Of a stretch of 64,000 bases of DNA, positions 59,626-64,000 are shown in pieces (within the stretch, counting starts at the first letter, position 1; the number at the start of each line of letters is the position of its first letter). A model generated the notes under the pieces. It saw only the letters and a list, made by a program, of their open reading frames with translations. It did not search any database and had not been told where the DNA came from. Location: positions 688-64,687 of the forward strand of contig BPJI01000002.1 of NCBI GenBank assembly GCA_026004535.1. The letters are read 5' to 3'. This DNA is from Candidatus Parcubacteria bacterium. Lineage in GTDB: Bacteria; Patescibacteriota; Minisyncoccia; UBA6257; HR35. Position numbers and translations under genes: made by a program.

Positions 59626-60072
59626 ATGGAAACTATAATATTACATCAAAACAAGAAATTTAGAATGTATAGCGAAAGAGGCGGCATGACTTGGAGAATA
59701 TTAAAATTGTTCTCTGAGGATACTCTTATCAACGAGGTAAGAGTGTCTGTAGCCGCATTGGAAAGTGAAAAAGGATTAGGTCTGTACGACCAAATCCATG
59801 AAATGCTATATGGAGATTATTATAATAAAATCTCTATAATAGCATGGAGGTATCAAAGCGACATATCAGAATACATGAACTATAGGGATGGGTATCGTTT
59901 TATAAAATTGTATCTTGCGTCAGATAATCAAATTATAATAGATACACACAAAGGAATATATCTTTTGTCCCAAGCGGACGAGATATATTCCCGAAGCGCC
60001 TCATTTACTATAGGAATTGCGAAAATAGTTGCGCACTTCATGAAAGAAAAATTGAATATTCATATATTCTAA
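59626..60072 (+). CDS. Hypothetical protein
   Basis: 148-aa ORF. Confidence 0.6.
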   Translation: METIILHQNKKFRMYSERGGMTWRILKLFSEDTLINEVRVSVAALESEKGLGLYDQIHEMLYGDYYNKISIIAWRYQSDISEYMNYRDGYRFIKLYLASDNQIIIDTHKGIYLLSQADEIYSRSASFTIGIAKIVAHFMKEKLNIHIF

Positions 60073-60081
60073 AAGAAAAAT

Positions 60082-60102
60082 GGGCACTTGATGCCCTTTT
60101 TT
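60082..60102 (+). terminator. Intrinsic terminator
   Basis: GGGCA-cttga-TGCCC-T6. Confidence 0.6.
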
Positions 60103-60125
60103 AAATAAATATTAAAATTAAAACT

Positions 60126-61064
60126 ATGAGCGAAAAAAATAACATCAAAGATATAAGAAAAAATAAATTAGGGGCAACAGATATTGTTGCGATAAATCTG
60201 TTAAGCCCCTTCAAAACACCGTTGGATGTCTATCTTGAAAAGGTAGACAATATTGATACGGTGGATGAAACAAACGAAAATATTGTATTGGGCAAGTGCC
60301 TTGAAAAAGGTATTGCAGAGGCATTTTGCCAAATACATTCTTATAAATTGTCTGAATTGATTGACGAAAAGTCAAGGCAATTCATACACCCTGAATATGA
60401 TTTTATTTCATGTATGATAGATTATATTTGCCTCGACGAATCGGGGAATTTTAACATACTTGAGATCAAAAACGTAACCGGTGCGGTTAAAGAACCGCAC
60501 AGCCATTATGCTGCACAGTTAAAGATACAAATGTACATTACGGGCGTAGAAAGGGGGATACTGTGTTATTATGATTCTTACGGCTTAAAGCACTTTGATT
60601 TTGAATTGGACAATACAAAAAAAGAAGTGGAAAAAATGATAGAAAAGGCTGTAGAGTTTTGGAACGAACATATTGTAAACAAAGTTCCGCCAAAACCTGT
60701 CACAATGGAAGATTTGGGAAAAATAGAAACAGAAAACATAGAGATGACGATAGAATCAGGTATGATAAATGACGGGACGTTGGAGAACGATATTGTTTAT
60801 TGGTGGAATCAATACAAAGAAGCGAAAAAATATGAAGGCTTGTACAAGAAAAAATCAGAGGACGCAGAGAAAAGGATAGTGCAAGCAATTGCGAATAAAT
60901 TGCAAAACATACCCTCATCTTTGATTGTCAATGATGGGGGAAAAAAATTATTCAAATTGAAAAAAATTCAAGCAAGATATTTGGATAATGATAAAATAAA
61001 AGAAGAGTTGGGCGATAGGATTGAGGATTTTTACAAATTAAAATCATTTTTCCGTTTATATTGA
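60126..61064 (+). CDS. YqaJ-like viral recombinase exonuclease
   Basis: RKNKLGATD, SPFKTPLDVYLEK, G..LE, SCMID..ILEIKN, YAAQLKIQM, FWNEH. Confidence 0.85.
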   Translation: MSEKNNIKDIRKNKLGATDIVAINLLSPFKTPLDVYLEKVDNIDTVDETNENIVLGKCLEKGIAEAFCQIHSYKLSELIDEKSRQFIHPEYDFISCMIDYICLDESGNFNILEIKNVTGAVKEPHSHYAAQLKIQMYITGVERGILCYYDSYGLKHFDFELDNTKKEVEKMIEKAVEFWNEHIVNKVPPKPVTMEDLGKIETENIEMTIESGMINDGTLENDIVYWWNQYKEAKKYEGLYKKKSEDAEKRIVQAIANKLQNIPSSLIVNDGGKKLFKLKKIQARYLDNDKIKEELGDRIEDFYKLKSFFRLY

Positions 61065-61096
61065 TTATTAATTTATTAACCCAAAAATATAATGTT

Positions 61097-61891
61097 ATGA
61101 GCATAATGACAAAAACCTACGAAAAATTAAAAAAGTGCCATCCGATTTATACGAATGTGCCGTATGATGACAGCAAATGCAAAGAATTTGCTTTTGCTAT
61201 CTCAAAATTTAAGAAAAATATTTTAGAATCATCTATTGTAGGGGCTTATCTCAAATATGTAAACCTTAATTTGTCGTTAAGAGAAGAGTTGGGAGAGTTG
61301 TATCTTATCCCATACAGAGTCAGAAACTCTAAAGAAGACCTTTATATTATTCAGATGACCTTTGGATATAAAGGTATAAGAAAATGGCTACTTCAAAGTA
61401 AAAATATTAAAAACATCATTGCAAACACCGTTTGCATAAGCGACCACATTCATATTGACTTTGGTAATATGACCGTTGAGCATAGCATAAAAGATTATAC
61501 AGTAAAACGTTCAGACCCTGACAATATTATAGGCGTGTATGCCATTGTTTACTTTACCGACGGAGAAAGATACATAAAGTATCTATCAAAAGATGATATT
61601 GAACGTTATAGGTTGCAAAACCCAGACCAAAAGAAAGATGAAATACGTGGTATTTGGGCTAATTATTATGACTATATGATAAAAGGAAAGTTGATAAAAT
61701 CATTGCACAACGATATACCGTTGGAAGCGGATGTATTAAAGGCAATACAATTGGATAATGCCATAATAAAGGACGTGGAGGAGGTTGATTATGTGAATGC
61801 CGAAGAAGTATTTAATGAGAATGAAAGCAATAAAAATAATGATGGCGATAAAGATTCTAAAAATGAAAGTGATACTAAAAATGAAAGTTAA
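61097..61891 (+). CDS. recT: RecT-family single-strand annealing protein
   Basis: LGELYLIPY, FGYKGIR, IIGVYAIV, W..YYDYM..K; follows YqaJ. Confidence 0.8.
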   Translation: MSIMTKTYEKLKKCHPIYTNVPYDDSKCKEFAFAISKFKKNILESSIVGAYLKYVNLNLSLREELGELYLIPYRVRNSKEDLYIIQMTFGYKGIRKWLLQSKNIKNIIANTVCISDHIHIDFGNMTVEHSIKDYTVKRSDPDNIIGVYAIVYFTDGERYIKYLSKDDIERYRLQNPDQKKDEIRGIWANYYDYMIKGKLIKSLHNDIPLEADVLKAIQLDNAIIKDVEEVDYVNAEEVFNENESNKNNDGDKDSKNESDTKNES

Positions 61892-61914
61892 AAATATTCA
61901 TAAAATAAATAAAT

Positions 61915-62217
61915 ATGAAGAAGCAAATGAAACAGAATTATGAATTAAAAAGATACGATGCATACCATTTATTTGACAATGTTTACCGTGTAAAAATAGG
62001 AATGTTTGTATGTGGCTTTGAAAACTATCAAGACGCAGAAGAATATCTTAAGCAAAATAAAGACAAATGTGCAACGGCGTATATTTATGAAGCGGAATTA
62101 GAGGAGGGTAACACCGTGAATATTTTAAGTAGGGCATATTGTGGATACGGGGATGATGACAAAGGTTCATATTCTTATCACGGCACAACGTTTTATATTG
62201 GTGTATTGGAAAAATGA
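61915..62217 (+). CDS. Hypothetical protein
   Basis: 100-aa ORF. Confidence 0.6.
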   Translation: MKKQMKQNYELKRYDAYHLFDNVYRVKIGMFVCGFENYQDAEEYLKQNKDKCATAYIYEAELEEGNTVNILSRAYCGYGDDDKGSYSYHGTTFYIGVLEK

Positions 62218-62291
62218 GTGAAATGGATAGTAAGTTAAAAAAAAGAAAACATGTAATTTTGGAAACATCATTCTAAAAAATAAATTAAATT

Positions 62292-62711
62292 ATGGAAATG
62301 TTAAACATGTCAAAGAAAAAATTAGAAATTTCAAGTAGTGAAATTGCAAGGCAATTCTGCATAGACAACAATATTGAATTGCCTAAAGGAAGTGAAGAAG
62401 CATTGGAATACGGAAAAAATTTTGAGAATGTTATTAGCAGTGCTTTGCATTTTTCATATAAATATGGATATACGGGAAACTTAAAAGAGTATATAAAATC
62501 ACATAAGCATATCTTAATTAAAGGTATGCAGGAAATGATGGATTTCAACAATATTGTGATTGATACGGAAATAAAATTAGACGATTATGATGCAAAATAC
62601 GATTATTTAGATTCGTTGACATTCAAACAAATTGAAGCAATGGCAGGTGAGAAACTTTTAGATTATTTCATTAAAGGTATTAAAATAAATGATACTTTTG
62701 AAAAGCAATAG
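62292..62711 (+). CDS. Hypothetical protein
   Basis: 139-aa ORF. Confidence 0.6.
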   Translation: MEMLNMSKKKLEISSSEIARQFCIDNNIELPKGSEEALEYGKNFENVISSALHFSYKYGYTGNLKEYIKSHKHILIKGMQEMMDFNNIVIDTEIKLDDYDAKYDYLDSLTFKQIEAMAGEKLLDYFIKGIKINDTFEKQ

Positions 62712-62787
62712 AACCGCCCGTGATAATTATCGAGGAAGTAAAGAAATTGAACCAAAACGATAATGATAATATTTAAATCTTAAACCA

Positions 62788-63540
62788 ATGAATTGGAAAG
62801 AAAAATTCCCAAAGGAAAACAGGTATTTTGAAACTGACAACGGGATATTATATTGCGGGGATTGTTTAGAAATTTTACCAAAATTCCCGGAAATGGAAAT
62901 TGATTTGGTTTTAACCGACCCGCCGTATGGAATTAATTTCAATTCTAATGTCCCGAAAAAAGGTAGAGAAAAAGAACTGATTAAGAACGATGATAGCATA
63001 GATACACTTTTAAAATTATTTAATGAATCCTTGAAAAATTTAACAAGAATATTGAAAGATGATGCAGAGATTTATTGGTTTTGCAGTGCCGGTGGAAGAG
63101 TTTCACCTTATGCATATCTGGCAATAGAATTAGAGAAATATTATCCCATTTTTAAGCATAAGAATTTACTCGTTTGGGACAAACTTAGCCCTGGCTTTGG
63201 CTGGGATTGGAGATATCAGCATGAGTTAATTATTCAGATAGTGAAAGGTAAAGGTATCAAAAATACCGACAGCGGTGCTTCGAATATTATACGTGCAAAA
63301 AAAGTCATCCCGCAAATGGACGAGCACCCGACGCCCAAAAGCACGAATGTAATCAATCAAATTTTAATTAGGAAACCATCGGATGTAGTCCTTGATATGT
63401 TTTTAGGCAGTGGCACAACGGCATTTTGCTGTGAAAAATCAAATCGTAAATGGATAGGAATAGAAATCGAGCCAAAATACTGCGAAATGGCAAAAAAAAG
63501 GATAGAATCCGAAGCCAAACAATTAAAATTAAACCTATGA
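62788..63540 (+). CDS. N6/N4 DNA methyltransferase (beta class), orphan
   Basis: LYCGDCLE, LTDPPYG, HPTPKS, VLDMFLGSGTT, IGIEIEPKYC. Confidence 0.9.
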   Translation: MNWKEKFPKENRYFETDNGILYCGDCLEILPKFPEMEIDLVLTDPPYGINFNSNVPKKGREKELIKNDDSIDTLLKLFNESLKNLTRILKDDAEIYWFCSAGGRVSPYAYLAIELEKYYPIFKHKNLLVWDKLSPGFGWDWRYQHELIIQIVKGKGIKNTDSGASNIIRAKKVIPQMDEHPTPKSTNVINQILIRKPSDVVLDMFLGSGTTAFCCEKSNRKWIGIEIEPKYCEMAKKRIESEAKQLKLNL

Positions 63541-63571
63541 ACCTTTAAGCATAATAATATAATTTAAAGTT

Positions 63572-63856
63572 ATGAGAAATGTTTATTATTTTAAATTTAT
63601 AAAAAACGCTTATTACTTTACTGTTTTAGAAATTAAAAATACGGGAGAGAATAAAGATACGAAAGAGTTTTTTAACTTTAAATTGTATAAATTTGTTTGC
63701 ACTATAGAAGAGTTTAAAAAAATAATACAACAAAGAAAGATAAAATTTAAATGGATTGAAGTTTATACTTTTAACGACAACGAAGATTTTGAGTTGTTTG
63801 ATAGAGTTTATTCTATTGAAGAATTAAACTCTATAGAACCTATAAATAAACAATAA
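63572..63856 (+). CDS. Hypothetical protein
   Basis: 94-aa ORF. Confidence 0.55.
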   Translation: MRNVYYFKFIKNAYYFTVLEIKNTGENKDTKEFFNFKLYKFVCTIEEFKKIIQQRKIKFKWIEVYTFNDNEDFELFDRVYSIEELNSIEPINKQ

Positions 63857-63868
63857 AAACATACAATT

Positions 63869-64000
63869 ATGAAAGATATTGACATTAAAAATTTCCAAGA
63901 CACCATAATGAGATTTTTTTTGTTTGAATACATAATATTATCCTATTATTATTGGGATTTAAATCCCAAACATTGGGGCATTCCCATTATTGGTTTCATA
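63869..64000 (+). CDS. Partial hydrophobic ORF running off the window
   Basis: MKDIDIKNFQDTIMRFFLFEYIILSYYYW... Confidence 0.45.
   Translation, partial: MKDIDIKNFQDTIMRFFLFEYIILSYYYWDLNPKHWGIPIIGFI

Noticed and set aside
59626-59690. YSERGG (59626), FKMGG (49951) and FEFGG (4393) as further leader motifs
   Set aside because: They deviate from (F/Y)E(K/R/E)GG or lack the basic N-terminal leader context, so they were not counted

Overview
The whole window is a very AT-rich, gene-dense viral genome segment. Repeated TAnnTTTG promoter elements, SD-less AT-rich starts (AAAACTATG) and a SusC-type N-terminal domain point to a Bacteroidota host. No terminase, portal, HK97 capsid, tail tube or baseplate gene is recognisable. 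Instead there is a beta-rich, apparently highly expressed 264-aa capsid candidate heading a leftward operon of about 16 small membrane-anchored proteins, an A32/FtsK-HerA-type packaging ATPase, membrane-anchored peptidoglycan enzymes and spike-like proteins. I infer a large (>64 kb) tailless, lipid-containing jelly-roll virus. An oriC-like array (8 x TTATTAACA, T35, (TAT)n) lies at the main strand switch near 13.1-13.5 kb. Accessory genes include a 2190-aa Strawberry-notch helicase, three orphan DNA methyltransferases, a CCA-adding enzyme, ArdA-like proteins, RuvC, YqaJ/RecT and an orphan HigA. Notable hidden structure: a shared N-terminal (F/Y)E(K/R)GG leader on consecutive proteins; a ~92-bp inverted repeat ending exactly at two divergent start codons and enclosing a methyltransferase; a direct-repeat-bounded captured block with a dead AbiJ-like cassette and a live methyltransferase; and a duplicated 60-aa peptide heading two converging gene blocks. 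All family calls come from motif recognition by eye, not from database searches.
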